NCBI GenBank assembly: GCA_012295275.1
Contig: CM022677.1
Coordinates: 2,418,001 to 2,482,000, forward strand
Direction of reading: 5' to 3'
Origin: Chrysomallon squamiferum
Taxonomy: Eukaryota; Animalia; Mollusca
Length of the DNA stretch: 64,000 bases
In this document: positions 13,509 through 25,959 of the stretch, in pieces
Position numbering within the stretch: the stretch's first letter is position 1
Layout: each line of letters starts with the position of its first letter
Notes under the pieces: generated by a model
Seen by the model: only the letters and a program-made list of their open reading frames with translations
What the model was told of the DNA's origin: nothing
Database searches by the model: none
Position numbers and translations under genes: made by a program

Positions 13509-13708
13509 NNNNNNNNNNNNNNNNNNNNNNNNNNNNNNNNNNNNNNNNNNNNNNNNNNNNNNNNNNNNNNNNNNNNNNNNNNNNNNNNNNNNNNNNNNNN
13601 NNNNNNNNNNNNNNNNNNNNNNNNNNNNNNNNNNNNNNNNNNNNNNNNNNNNNNNNNNNNNNNNNNNNNNNNNNNNNNNNNNNNNNNNNNNNNNNNNNNN
13701 NNNNNNNN
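13509..13708. other. Assembly gap (200 N)
   Basis: Run of N. Confidence 0.99.
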
Positions 13709-14152
13709 AATTTCAACATTATTTATTTATTTATTATGATGATGTTGACCTTATTTATGAATAATGGTGTGATGATGATAAAAACAATAGACAACTCATT
13801 TTGGTATTTTATTTTGTAAATCACTGTTACCCCAGTGCAGTAGGTCTCCCAGCCTTTTTTTCGATTTGTCCTTTGAATAAAAACGATGAATTTTTTCATA
13901 TAAATTTTGAGCAGTTAAGATCACTCTGCATGATGTTACTAATCAAACTGAAGCTTGTTAAATAAGAAATATAATTAAAATAACATTTTAAGACAAAACT
14001 AAACACCACTTTTTTAACAATGAATTCTAATAATGATTTATAGTGACATAAGCCTTTAAGATTTTGTACTATGAACCCATTTTACTTTTGATACTGTCAT
14101 AGGCTGTCATAATTACACAATAATCAAGCAAATTAATTTTTAATTCTTTAAA

Positions 14153-14198
<46 letters not shown>

Positions 14199-15262
14199 GA
14201 CATACATAATTTCATTTTCATTTCTTTAAAATAAAAATTACTGCAAATCTATTTTAAAAAAGACTTGGTTTTAATAGTGCTAAAATTATTTTTTTAATCT
14301 GATTAATTTCAGCTATCTACAAATATCTTTTAATGTTAACAACAACAATTCAAAATCAAGACAATAATATAAGAATAAATCATTAAAATAATCCAATTAA
14401 TAATTCTGTTTTTTATCTCTATTTTTATATAATTTTTCTGGTTTGTTTTGTGAAAGACAACAACAGTCAAAACGCTTAGAACTTGTATTTATTTATACAT
14501 AAACAAGGACACTGTCTTTCACATACAGCAATTCTCTGACAACAAACAGATCAACTCTTTCTCACAGATAACATGTACGTACCAACTCATCCTTTCACAT
14601 TCACATCTGTCTGTCTTTCTCTCTGTATCTGTGTCTGCATCAATTTCTCCTACATACCCATGCCTCAGATAATAATAATTTCCTTCAGTACACACATACA
14701 AACATACACTCACACACAACTTATGTATATATATATACCCATTTTCTTTTTCTAACAGCAAAATACATATACCCACATCTGTTCGTGTGTTACTCTATCA
14801 ATCCATAAATTCTACACAGTTTTAACATTTTTTCTGTCGCCGCCTGCTTCTCTCTATGAACAGTCCGAACTAGTTATTATTATTATTATTCTATCTATAA
14901 CTTTATGCATCTCGATTATGTCATCTATTTTACAGTCTACCATGTAAAACAAGTTTCCGAGGCGAAGACACTGTTAAATAAAAAATCAAGAAAAGGTGAA
15001 GAATTTGAAATAAATATAAAATATCATATTATTTTTCCTGATTCTACATTTTGCTTTATAAACTGCACTGCTGGATAAGCTTAATGCTTCTTTTTTAATT
15101 GTTTACTACTGATAATATCTTTTCATGGCTCTCTAAAACAAATTTTATAAAACTATAGATAAAATACAGAGGGCCTTTCAAATAAACCATATTTTTAAAT
15201 ATGGTAACCAATATTACACCAGTTGATCTTTTATTTCTGTGTATAATATCATATTTAATTTG

Positions 15263-15812
15263 GTAGTTTTCTGAAGATAATTTAAGACTGCTCGACAGAA
15301 TTTACGTTTTTATTTACTACCAGCTGTGCAGCTTATACGACTAAACTGAGACTGAGCGGAAATTACGTTCCATCTTAGTTTAAAAAACACTGCTTACATC
15401 GATATTTTATTACGTTCACCTTTGATTTGCAAATATATATATAAACTGTCAGTATAATCTTGGATCCAGCTAAAGGAATATCATCGGCTTTTCAAGAATA
15501 ATCTTGATAACAGTAAATGTCGCTGTGAAAACTGCGCTTATGTTGACATCATTTATTATCAACGTATCAACAAAAATGAATGGATTCTTATAAAGTAAAA
15601 TCTCAGTTTTCAGCATCATACAGAGCTTTTTAGTGAAATCTGTTCTGTTGTTAATCAAATATCACATTAATCTGGATCTGACCTTTTATTTTATTGTGAC
15701 ATTCAGCGCTGGACTTGTAAATTCAGAAATAAATAACTTAATGACTAGATATACAGGGGAAGCCACTCTATTGTGACAATATTTTTCTCTTAAACTGAGT
15801 TACGGTTTCTTC

Positions 15813-15847
<35 letters not shown>

Positions 15848-16440
15848 CTGAACACTTTACTTGAATCACAGAATTTGATTAAAATTAAAATTCACAGAGA
15901 TAAGCGAAGTTTTCTGTTTTGCAAAACGCGACGTAATTCACATTTTGTATTTAAAACCTGCGACGTTTATATCATAAACTGATACTGAGTGAAAATAACG
16001 TGATGTTTTACTATGATTTACCTCTACTTTGCATCATAAACAATACTGATAATTTCACTTACAGTTACATTTTATTCTACTAGGAGATGTCTACTGTATT
16101 AATATTATAATTTGTAAGTCATAAAAAAACACAAAAAACCCCAACAACATGCCTATCCATACGTCTTCTACAAAACTTTAAGAATATTTTGTAAAGAACA
16201 GAATAGTATAACTTTAAAACCTAGCTGCTACCTTAATGGAATCTTAGCAATTTATATTGGAGAATTAATGACATAAACATCATATTTAGTTTCTATGAAC
16301 GTAGTTTTCTGATGATAATTTGAGAACGTTCGACAGAATTTACGTTTAAACTTACTACCAGCAGTTTTCAGGAATAAATTGAGACAATGAGCGAAAATTA
16401 CCTTAATCTTATAATAACTGTGCTGCTGTTTAACACTGAT
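15263..16440 (+). repeat. Two diverged ~140-bp direct repeats (~15263-15400 and ~16302-16440)
   Basis: Both contain GTAGTTTTCTGA.GATAATTT....TCGACAGAATTTACGTTT...TTACTACCAGC...GAGCG.AAATTAC. Confidence 0.7.
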
Positions 16441-16687
16441 ATTTTTACACGTCATTATCAAACCAAATTTAAAATATCAAGAATGTTTGTTGTTTCAAAA
16501 CTGAATATCTTGGTAATTATATTCCTATTTTATAGTAGAAATATTTCCTTTCAGAAAATTAATTGACATACTTTCTATTAACAATGTTTTGTGATAGTAA
16601 AAATATTTCACTGATACAGAATGTAAACAAATTTAAAACTGATGGATGTGACTAATTTTTTTAAATAATTGTTTTTTTGTTGTTCAG

Positions 16688-17057
16688 GAGTCACTGAGTG
16701 GGAACTGTTTGTGTGAGTGTGTATTTTTTGTGTGTTTGTGTATTTGTGTGAGTGTGTATGAGAGTGTGTGTGTGAGTGTGTATTAGTGAGATTAGTATGT
16801 GTGTGTGTGAGAATGTGTATATTTGTGTGTGTGTTTGTCTATTTGAGTGTGTGATTGTGAGTGTTTGTGTGTGTGTGTATTTGTGTGTGAGAGTATGTGT
16901 GTAATTGTGTGAGTGTGTTTGTGAGACTATTTGTGTGAGGGTGTTTCTGTTTGGGAGAAAATTTGTATTTGTGTGATTGTGTGTGTGTGAGAGAGAGTGT
17001 ATTTGTGTGCGAGAATGTGTATATGTGTGTTTCTCTATTTGTGTGTGTGTTTGTGAG

Positions 17058-17117
<60 letters not shown>

Positions 17118-17469
17118 TGGTATTACATGGTTGAAATTACTCGGGATATTTCGGGATTATTAAAACAAATTTTCAGGTTGGATGCAGAAAGCCGTCCATC
17201 TTTCAAAGAGCTTGCAGAAGAGTGTGCTGAAATGTCTCGAGATCCTGGCCGATTCCTGTCATTCCTGTAAGTGTTTTATTTAAAACACATCCACCTTCCC
17301 TCCTCACTTAGTTCACTTGTGTTAAAAATCTCTTCTCACAGTCTGAAAATGATCACTGTGAAATGAAGGTATAGGTTGATAACAGGTTGAAGGAAGGTTT
17401 ATTCTTACTTTTAGAAAAGTCAAAATTATTACATTTGTGTCTTGTTAGGCTTAATTTTAGTTGCATTAA

Positions 17470-17524
<55 letters not shown>

Positions 17525-18299
17525 GTTTTCTGCATCATTATAAAAATAATATTAAAATTAATATTAGATAAAACTTCCTGCATGATAGAGTAACATAGAC
17601 ATAAATTGTCTTGTTGTGATGGAGATGAAACTTTTATTAATGAATTAATTTATTTGTTTTATTAACCTTCTTTTTTTCTTTCTTTTCATCTTTTTATGTT
17701 ATTTATTTATTTTTATTGTTTTGCAATAATTTTCTGTATTCTTTTATTTTTAAATATTTCACTTTTAAATATTTGGCTTGTTTTTCAATTTTATCTCATT
17801 TGCTTCTATTCACTGACTACTTTTTTTTATCTAGTCACTACTTTGTTCATTTACTACACAATTAAATCTGCTACACCAGTCACTGTATTAGCAGTCCATT
17901 TGTTATTAGTCCAAATTTATTGTATCTGAAATTTTTCCAATATAGTAAAACAGACACTGTCCAAAAAATACCTCTTCTTTAGTGACTGCATTATGCAGTG
18001 TTTTTTTGATTTTTTATCCATTGTATTAAAAAAAGCTAAGAAAACAACAACAAATCACTGAAAAAAGAAAGAGTTTAGTAATAATGTTTATATCTCACTT
18101 AATAGTTTTTACTTACATATTTATTCCTGTCCATTGTTTTCTCTTTAACTAAACTAAATTATCACACTAAACAGCTCTTTGCTGATCTTCACAATAAACC
18201 ATGTGACTTTGAACCCACTGCATGGAATTTTCCACATTTGAATGTATGCAAGAATTGCTTGTTCAGAAGCTTATAAAAAACACACTGAAGTATTTATTA

Positions 18300-18335
<36 letters not shown>

Positions 18336-18595
18336 GACAACACAGAAAACTTGACTAGTTCAAATGTTTATTTATATAAATATAAAACTGATATTCTAAT
18401 AAGCACTGACAGTATCAAGGAAGCAGGTCTCTGAAACATTGGATTAGTGGTTAGCCCAAACTGATAAATGTTTAGAATATACCTATCAGTATTTAGAAGA
18501 TGGATCAATGAGTAGAAACAAATGGATCAGTGATAATCACACATGGATTGTTGATTTCAGAAGGTGACTGACAGCTGGTTGGTTGCAGGAATACT

Positions 18596-18659
<64 letters not shown>

Positions 18660-19415
18660 AATTTCTTTCTTTCTTTTACATTGTAAGACAATGAAAATGT
18701 TTTTAAAAAGGGGCAGAATAAAAAGCAATGGGAAATTAACAATGTAAAATGAATATTCATTTCCAGTGTATATGTAAACATACTTATATTTATTTAAAAC
18801 TAACATCTAGTGTTTATCATTAATACATAATAACAAAATTTAATTTATAGTTCTATATTTTCACCAGCCATGTTATTTTATATCACTTTTTTTATTTATT
18901 TATATATTTTTTTTATTATTTATTTATTTATTTCTGTTGTTTTTTATGATGGATTTTTTCTGTCAGTCTCTATACTTTAATTTTTCTCTTTTTTTATTTA
19001 CATAATTATTAATAATTGATTTATATAAGTAATTAATTTAATGATAAGATTTATTTTGGTTTTGTTTTAAGCATGAAGTAAAAACGAAATAAATATAAAA
19101 TGATTTTAAGCTTCTTCACCAGTAGAAAAACAAACAAATGCGTCCATTCTGTCATGTGACTTGAATCAGTTTGGATCGTTCCATTTCTGTTTGCAGGGAG
19201 ATGTGCTTCTGCGTCTGCCCAGACATATGTATGACAAGTCTGATTTGATTTGCAGTCTGACTGTGTCTGCTGATGGACCTGAGTTGGTTGTGGAAGTTGA
19301 TGAAAGTTTACAACTTCTACTTGAACCTGGAGACGAAGCAGCAGACAATTCACCTCCACACACTGAGAAAACAACTTTTAATGATAATTGTATTAATTTC
19401 TGTGATTTAGATTAG
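16688..19415 (+). pseudogene. EGFR: EGFR/ErbB receptor tyrosine kinase pseudogene relic (exons 16688-~16710, 17177-17266, 19197-~19415)
   Basis: Three AG-flanked segments encode (G)VTEWELF (kinase subdomain IX, cf. GVTVWEL), LDAESRPSFKELAEECAEMSRDPGRFL (cf. [29 protein letters not shown]) followed by GTAAGT, and GDVLLRLP...VVEVDESLQ (cf. GDERMHLP...VVDADEYLIP). Frameshifting deletions are present. Confidence 0.85.
16709..17115 (+). repeat. Degenerate (TG)n/(GA)n microsatellite tract
   Basis: About 400 bp of TGTG/GAGA-rich sequence ending in pure (TG)n. Confidence 0.9.
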
Positions 19416-19856
19416 TTTTATAGTAAGGTATGTACACATTCGCTCAATGTCTCTCTCTCTTTCTCATTTCCTCTCTCTCTCATACATTCATTTCATGGTG
19501 TGTAAGGTCTTACATTCAAATTTTAAGAGCTTTATATTTTATTGAAACAAAACCATGTTAAAATACTACATATGAAAATCAGTAAGAAATGATGTCAAGG
19601 AGTCAATAAATGGGGTATATGTAGAGAAAAAAATTAAAGTAGCAGATTTCAATTCAGGTTTAATGTGCAGTTTTATACAAGCAAATTTCAACTTTAAAAT
19701 ATAAATATGCCAATGGGAAAATGTTAATTTGAATGTGCCAGTTAAAAGATGCATACTTAAATATGCTAATTTAAAAATACTTTTATTCATTTAAATTCGG
19801 ATATATATAATCTAGAAATGATGAGCTTAAAATAATTAATAATTTGTAGAACATTC

Positions 19857-20172
19857 AGATCTTTAATTCATAGGGTGTCAAATAAAATCTAGAATGAGCT
19901 CGTGATATTTCAAATCACTGTTTGTTGGATATAGCTAGCTGCAAGTTTATAATTAATCATTTTCTGAATATTGAGATCTTTAATTCATAGGGTCTAAAAA
20001 TAAAATCTAGAATGAGCTTGTGATATTTCATATCACTGTTTGTCAGATATAGCTGGCTACAAGTTTATATTTAATCATTTTCTGAATATTGAGATCTTTA
20101 ATTCATAGGGTCTAAAAATAAAATCTAGAATGAGCTTATGATATTTCAAATCACTGTTTGTCAGATATAGCT
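19857..20172 (+). repeat. Tandem repeat, ~118-bp unit, ~2.7 copies
   Basis: AGATCTTTAATTCATAGGGT...AATAAAATCTAGAATGAGCT...GATATTTCA.ATCACTGTTTGT..GATATAGCT at ~19857, ~19975 and ~20093. Confidence 0.92.
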
Positions 20173-20423
20173 TGCAATATTTTTCAGATTAATCAGGCTG
20201 CATCACAGCTTCTGCATTCAAAACTGATTTAATCCTGTAATAATGTGCTACTGTATATTGCTTCTCAATTATAAATGACTTACTTATTTAAAACAAGAGT
20301 TGTGTTTTATACCTGTGGAATTTTCCAGTTGTGTTTCATGATGAATTTAAGTTTTATAGTTTTAAATGTGAAAGAAACGAATATTTCAAAGTAAAACTCG
20401 TGAAAACTCACTTCAGTAAAAAC

Positions 20424-20498
20424 CATGTTCTGTTTTTGTTACCAGAAACTGGTGGCAGGAATATTTTCTTCTTTTTTTATTATTTTTATAATTTTAAC

Positions 20499-20557
<59 letters not shown>

Positions 20558-21296
20558 TAACCAGTTTTAAGTCACCATTTTAAAACTGTGATTAGCAATC
20601 ATGTCTCTACAATACACATGATCAGCAGTTCACAACAATTTTATTAATAAACAAACCTAAATTAAATTTTTACATTTTTACACACACCAAGAAAATCTCA
20701 TCCTTAATAAAAGATAAATATAATATTAATAAAATTTGTTTCTGTAAATTCTTACAGAAATCCTTGAAGAGGGTTTGCAGAAATGTATGGCTGTAGAACT
20801 AACGTTTGGTTTCACTGTTTTTACTATTTGCATACATAATGGAGGCATAATGATTATTTATAACTGTACAGATTTTATTAAAGAAATTTTTAAAAGTGTA
20901 TTTCAGTTATCAAGTTAGAAACTAAACCATATAGAAATCTCTAAGACATAGCATTTTGAATAATTTTAGATAAGGATATTAATCCAGAAAACAATGCTAA
21001 ATAGGTAGAGAAATATTAGATTAAATCTAAATGAAAATAATATCAAGAACATTTTACTACTTACAGTTTTCATCTAAGTTAATGTAGTTTCATTTAGCTA
21101 AATGTAATGCTATGTATACATATGAGATCAAGAAACAATGTAAAATAGTTTTAAAATTTAAATGAATTAATGACAGATGAATTTTATTTGTTATCATATA
21201 AATATTTTGTTACAGTTTTGTTCGATTACACTTGAATATGTACAAATATATTTTAAATACAACATTCTTTTAAATAAACTACTTTATAAAATAATA

Positions 21297-21356
<60 letters not shown>

Positions 21357-21833
21357 AATGACAAAACTGGGTGAAAATTTCAAAAGTAATTCATAATAAA
21401 TAAATCATATATTTAAAAACAAAAATAAATAAGATAAACAAAAATAAATAAGATAAACAAATCAATTAAATTAATTACCTAACACTAAATAAATAACTGC
21501 GTTTCAATTTATTTATCAGAAAGAAACAGTTAAGTGAATCTTAGCAGACAGTTTCAAATTTACTGTTTACACCATGTAAATATTTTTATTTCATTGTTAT
21601 CATTCACATAGAGTTTGTTGTTATCACAACAGACAGACAAAGGTTGTGACAGGCCATCCTGGCGTGTGAGGATGTCACGTGTAATGTTACCATCTCGTGA
21701 CAACTGAACAATACACTTTCTGTCAAAATCACAAATAAAAATATTTCCCTCCCTGTCACATGTTCTGTTTTTGTTACCAGAAACTGGTGGCAGGAATATT
21801 TTCTTCTTTTTTTATTATTTTTATAATTTTAAC

Positions 21834-21892
<59 letters not shown>

Positions 21893-22461
21893 TAACCAGT
21901 TTTAAGTCACCATTTTAAAACTGTGATTAGCAATCATGTCTCTACAATACACATGATCAGCAGTTCACAACAATTTTATTAATAAACAAACCTAAATTAA
22001 ATTTTTACATTTTTACACACACCAAGAAAATCTCATCCTTAATAAAAGATAAATATAAAATTTGTTTCAGTAAATTTCTTACAGAAATCCTTGAAGAGGG
22101 TTTGCAGAAATGTATGGCTGTAGAACTAACGTTTGGTTTCACTGTTTTTACTATTTGCATACATAATGGAGGCATAATGATTATTCATAACTACAGATTC
22201 TTTTAAAGAAATTTTTAAAAGTGTATTTCAATTAGCAAGTTTGAAACTAAACCATATAGAAATCTCTAAGACATATCATTTTGAATAATTTTAAATTGAT
22301 GATAATATTAAGGACATTAATCCAGAAAACAATGTTATATAGGTAGAGAAATATTAGATTAAATCTAAATGAAAATAATATCGAGAACATTTTACTACTT
22401 ACAGTTTTCATCTAAGTTAATGCAGTTTCATTTAGCTAAATGTAATGCTAAGTATACATAT
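20424..22461 (+). repeat. ~700-bp direct duplication (20424-21123 and 21759-22461) flanking an inserted gene fragment
   Basis: Near-identical copies run from CATGTTCTGTTTTTGTTACCAGAAACTGGTGGCAGG to GTATACATAT. Confidence 0.93.
21124..21763 (-). pseudogene. 3' fragment of a paralog of the TRIM/NHL-like gene (C-terminus plus 3' flank)
   Basis: Homologous to 25508-26187. The minus strand encodes TCDREGNIFICDFDRKCIVQLSRDGNITRDILTRQDGLSQPLSVCCDNNKLYVNDNNEIKIFTWCKQ*. Confidence 0.9.
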
Positions 22462-22527
22462 ATCAATAAGATATCTATTTTTTTAAAATAAATTATCTCT
22501 TCATTATTATTATTTTTATTATCATTA

Positions 22528-22561
<34 letters not shown>

Positions 22562-23162
22562 CATTATTATTTTAATAATACTAAACTGATAATATTTTTA
22601 ATCTACTACATACAGAGCATGGTTTTATTTAGATCTGTGTATTTGCCTACATTTAATAAACTGAGTTACACTAAATGTTTGTCATCTAGGCAAGATAACT
22701 GTATAGTGAAATCCTGTGTGTCTAAATAACAGTGTAAATTTTGGTCACATAATTTTACACTGTGGATCTCATAAAAGCTTGCAGATTTATAACTGGGTTT
22801 GTTTGTTCTTGTGTATTTGTATATTATGTATTACAAGTCACAGACTTCAAAAATACATATTAACATTGATTTATTTTTGTAATGTTTTTTCTTTCATTAT
22901 ACATTTTATTGGAATGTGGGTTTTTCTAACTTAATTTTATTTATTTCTGCTTTTTGAATTGTGAGAAAGCACACACACACGCACAACACACACAAGGACA
23001 CAGTGCCTTCCATATTTATTTTATTTATTGTGTGTTTTGTGCGTTAAAAGTGATACCTACCAGAGAAATTTAAATCTGTAAAATACTTTAAATTTGAACA
23101 CAAAGATCTGTAAAACTTTCTTTTATTATTATTATTATTATTACTATTATTATTATTATTAC

Positions 23163-23196
<34 letters not shown>

Positions 23197-23868
23197 TTAA
23201 ATTCTTTGCAAAGTTGTAAAATAATATTGCTATCTTCATCATTATATTAATTTAATTTCTGAGTGTCTTGTTTTAATAAAAATATTAATTAACAATAATT
23301 AATATGTCAGATATAATACAAAAAAAATCAAATTTATGAGTGAAATAACAATAGATTATAAAATAAACAATATATAATTGATAAAACAATAATAGTTAAA
23401 TCTAATATTACACTGGTTTGTTTTATGCTATATATAGACTACATAGATTAAATATTTTTTTAATTAAATTTAACATTTCCTTTCTGGGTTTTTTTTTGGG
23501 TTTTTTGCTGCTGGCTAAAATTTAATTTTAGTGATGTTAATATTACAGAATGAAACTGGATTCACAGTATTTTTAATTTTTTTTTTTTAATTTTTTTTTA
23601 TATATATATGTATTTCATTTTATTTATTTTATCATTATTTTAATTTTTTTTTCCTTACATATCCAAAAGTGATGTACATCATCATCATAGGTTATTCCCC
23701 CTATCCTGATTTCCCCACCACTATTTTTTCTCACCATATTTTCATTCATAAAGTATTTTCACTGCATTTAAAAATGATTGATTAAAAATGAACTTTTTTC
23801 TCTCCATTTTTATATGAATTCACTCTGATTCGAGTTATTGTTTGCATTGCATTTAGATACATAATATA

Positions 23869-23955
<87 letters not shown>

Positions 23956-24922
23956 TCATTTTACTTAATTTCATTTAATTTTCATTATTTTTTATAACCA
24001 ATAGTTTTGAAGTTTATGTTACATATTTTTATAATAAATTTAACAAAAAAAAAAATAATAATAATAATAAAAATAATAATTACTTGTGTCAAATATAATT
24101 CATATAGTGTTATCTATAAGCCTGTAACATTATGCATAATTCTCTTTCTTCTCTTTTTGTAATTTTTGTTTCACGATTTTTTGTATTTGCTTTTTACACT
24201 TGAATATTTGCTGTGATACTGAAAGCCTTACCTTGTTGCTGTAAACAGGCAGTTATCTGTATATAAAAATCTCAAAGCTTGTTTCAGATTTGTTGTGTTT
24301 TTATTTTTGTTACCTCACTATTAACTAAACTGTGAGGATTGAAAAAGTTCTTCATTACAAGTTAACACTGAAGCCAAAACTCAAACCAAAAGCTGAAGCA
24401 AACAAGCCTCAAGTTGTGGGTCTGTGGCTGGCACACTTTAAATGAAACATCAAAAGTCAGCTAGAAGATAAAGCGTGCAATGCGGCATATACATTTTGTG
24501 TCATACTTGTGCGTGTTTTATGTTTTATCTCTGTTATGTTTATTTATCTTTATTATATGTGTAAAACTATTTTTATCTATTTAAGCAACCATTGTGTGTG
24601 TTTTATATGTTCATGTTTATATATGTTTGTATCTATATAAGTAAACTTTGTATGTTGTGTATGTTTTCTTCTGTATGCGTAGCACCGTGTGTGTGTCTGT
24701 AGAAGTATATGTTTTGTGTCTATATATCTATTACTTACACAGCTCTGTGTACCTATCTAGGAATATATATATTTTTATCCTTTTTGTGTGTTTTTTTTTG
24801 TTTTGTTTTTTCCGTATGATATCTGTATTGCTGTCTATATCAACAATGTCATTAGTAATAATAATACTACTACTAGTAGTAGTAGTAGTTGTAGTAGCAG
24901 TAGTAATAGAAGTAGTAGTAAG

Positions 24923-25080
24923 TTCTCCATCACGTGAATATTGTGAATTGGTTCCCTACTCAAACTAACTTGAACGTGCACACTAAATCAAGACGAAACA
25001 TGATCGCTAACACCCGGATTTAAAACACGTATCTGTAGACCACAAGTAAGGTATCCAGTTTCTCATCTAGCCACGTTTGT
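24923..25080 (+). repeat. Diverged copy of the repeat at 31620-31890 and 33020-33250
   Basis: GTGAATATTGTGAATTGGTTCCCTACTCAAACTAACTTGAACGTGCA...TTTAAAACACGTATCTGTAGA aligns to GTGATTATTGTGAATCAGTCCCTTGCTCCAACTAACTCGAG...TTTAAAAGACGTATTTACAGA. Confidence 0.65.
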
Positions 25081-25671
25081 AATCGGTTGAGGGCTGTTTT
25101 ATTTTTGTGTTTGTTTTGTTTTTGTTGTTTTTTCTTTGCTTGATAATTTTCGTTTGTCCGGTTGTTTCTCTGATTATATTTTTATTTTGTGTGTGTGTCT
25201 TTTTTCTTATTTCTTTTTGTTTGTTTATTCATTTGTTTGCATTAACAGAATGAATAAGTAAATAATTAAATAATTAAACTTAATTTAATGTCTAAGACAG
25301 AATTTTATAAAATATCTCAAGCAGAATAGTTGAGAATGCTAATGATCGCCAAAACAATAATCTGTATTAGCTGTTAACAATAAATTTATAATAAATCTCA
25401 ACAGTGAACTACTTTGTACTACACTGATATTATACACATTAATTATAAACACAGACATACAGACATACATACAGTTAGGTGAATATACAGATAGCTATAC
25501 AGATAAAGAGATCACGAAACAATGTAAAATAGTTTTAAAATTTAAATGAAATAATGACAGAAGAATTATATTTGTTATCATATAAATATTTTATTACAGT
25601 TTTGTTCGATTACACAAGAATATGTACAAATATATTTTAAATAAACTACTTTATAATATAATATAATTGTT

Positions 25672-25776
<105 letters not shown>

Positions 25777-25959
25777 AATGAAAAAACTGGGTGAAAATTT
25801 CAAACGTAATTCATAATAAATAAATAACATATTTAAAAACAAAAATAAAGAAGATAAACAAATTAACTAAATTAATTACCTTACAATCAATAAATAAATG
25901 ATTTTCTGTTTATTTATCAGAAAGAAATGTTTGTGAACTTTCAACTTCAAAAAGTGAAA

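Noticed and set aside
13486-13764. ORFs spanning poly-X
   Set aside because: Artefacts of the N gap.
13828-13862. CCAGTGCAGTAGGTCTCCCAGCC-T7 as a possible 3' half of the 5S gene
   Set aside because: It does not align convincingly to 5S nt 40-120 on either strand.
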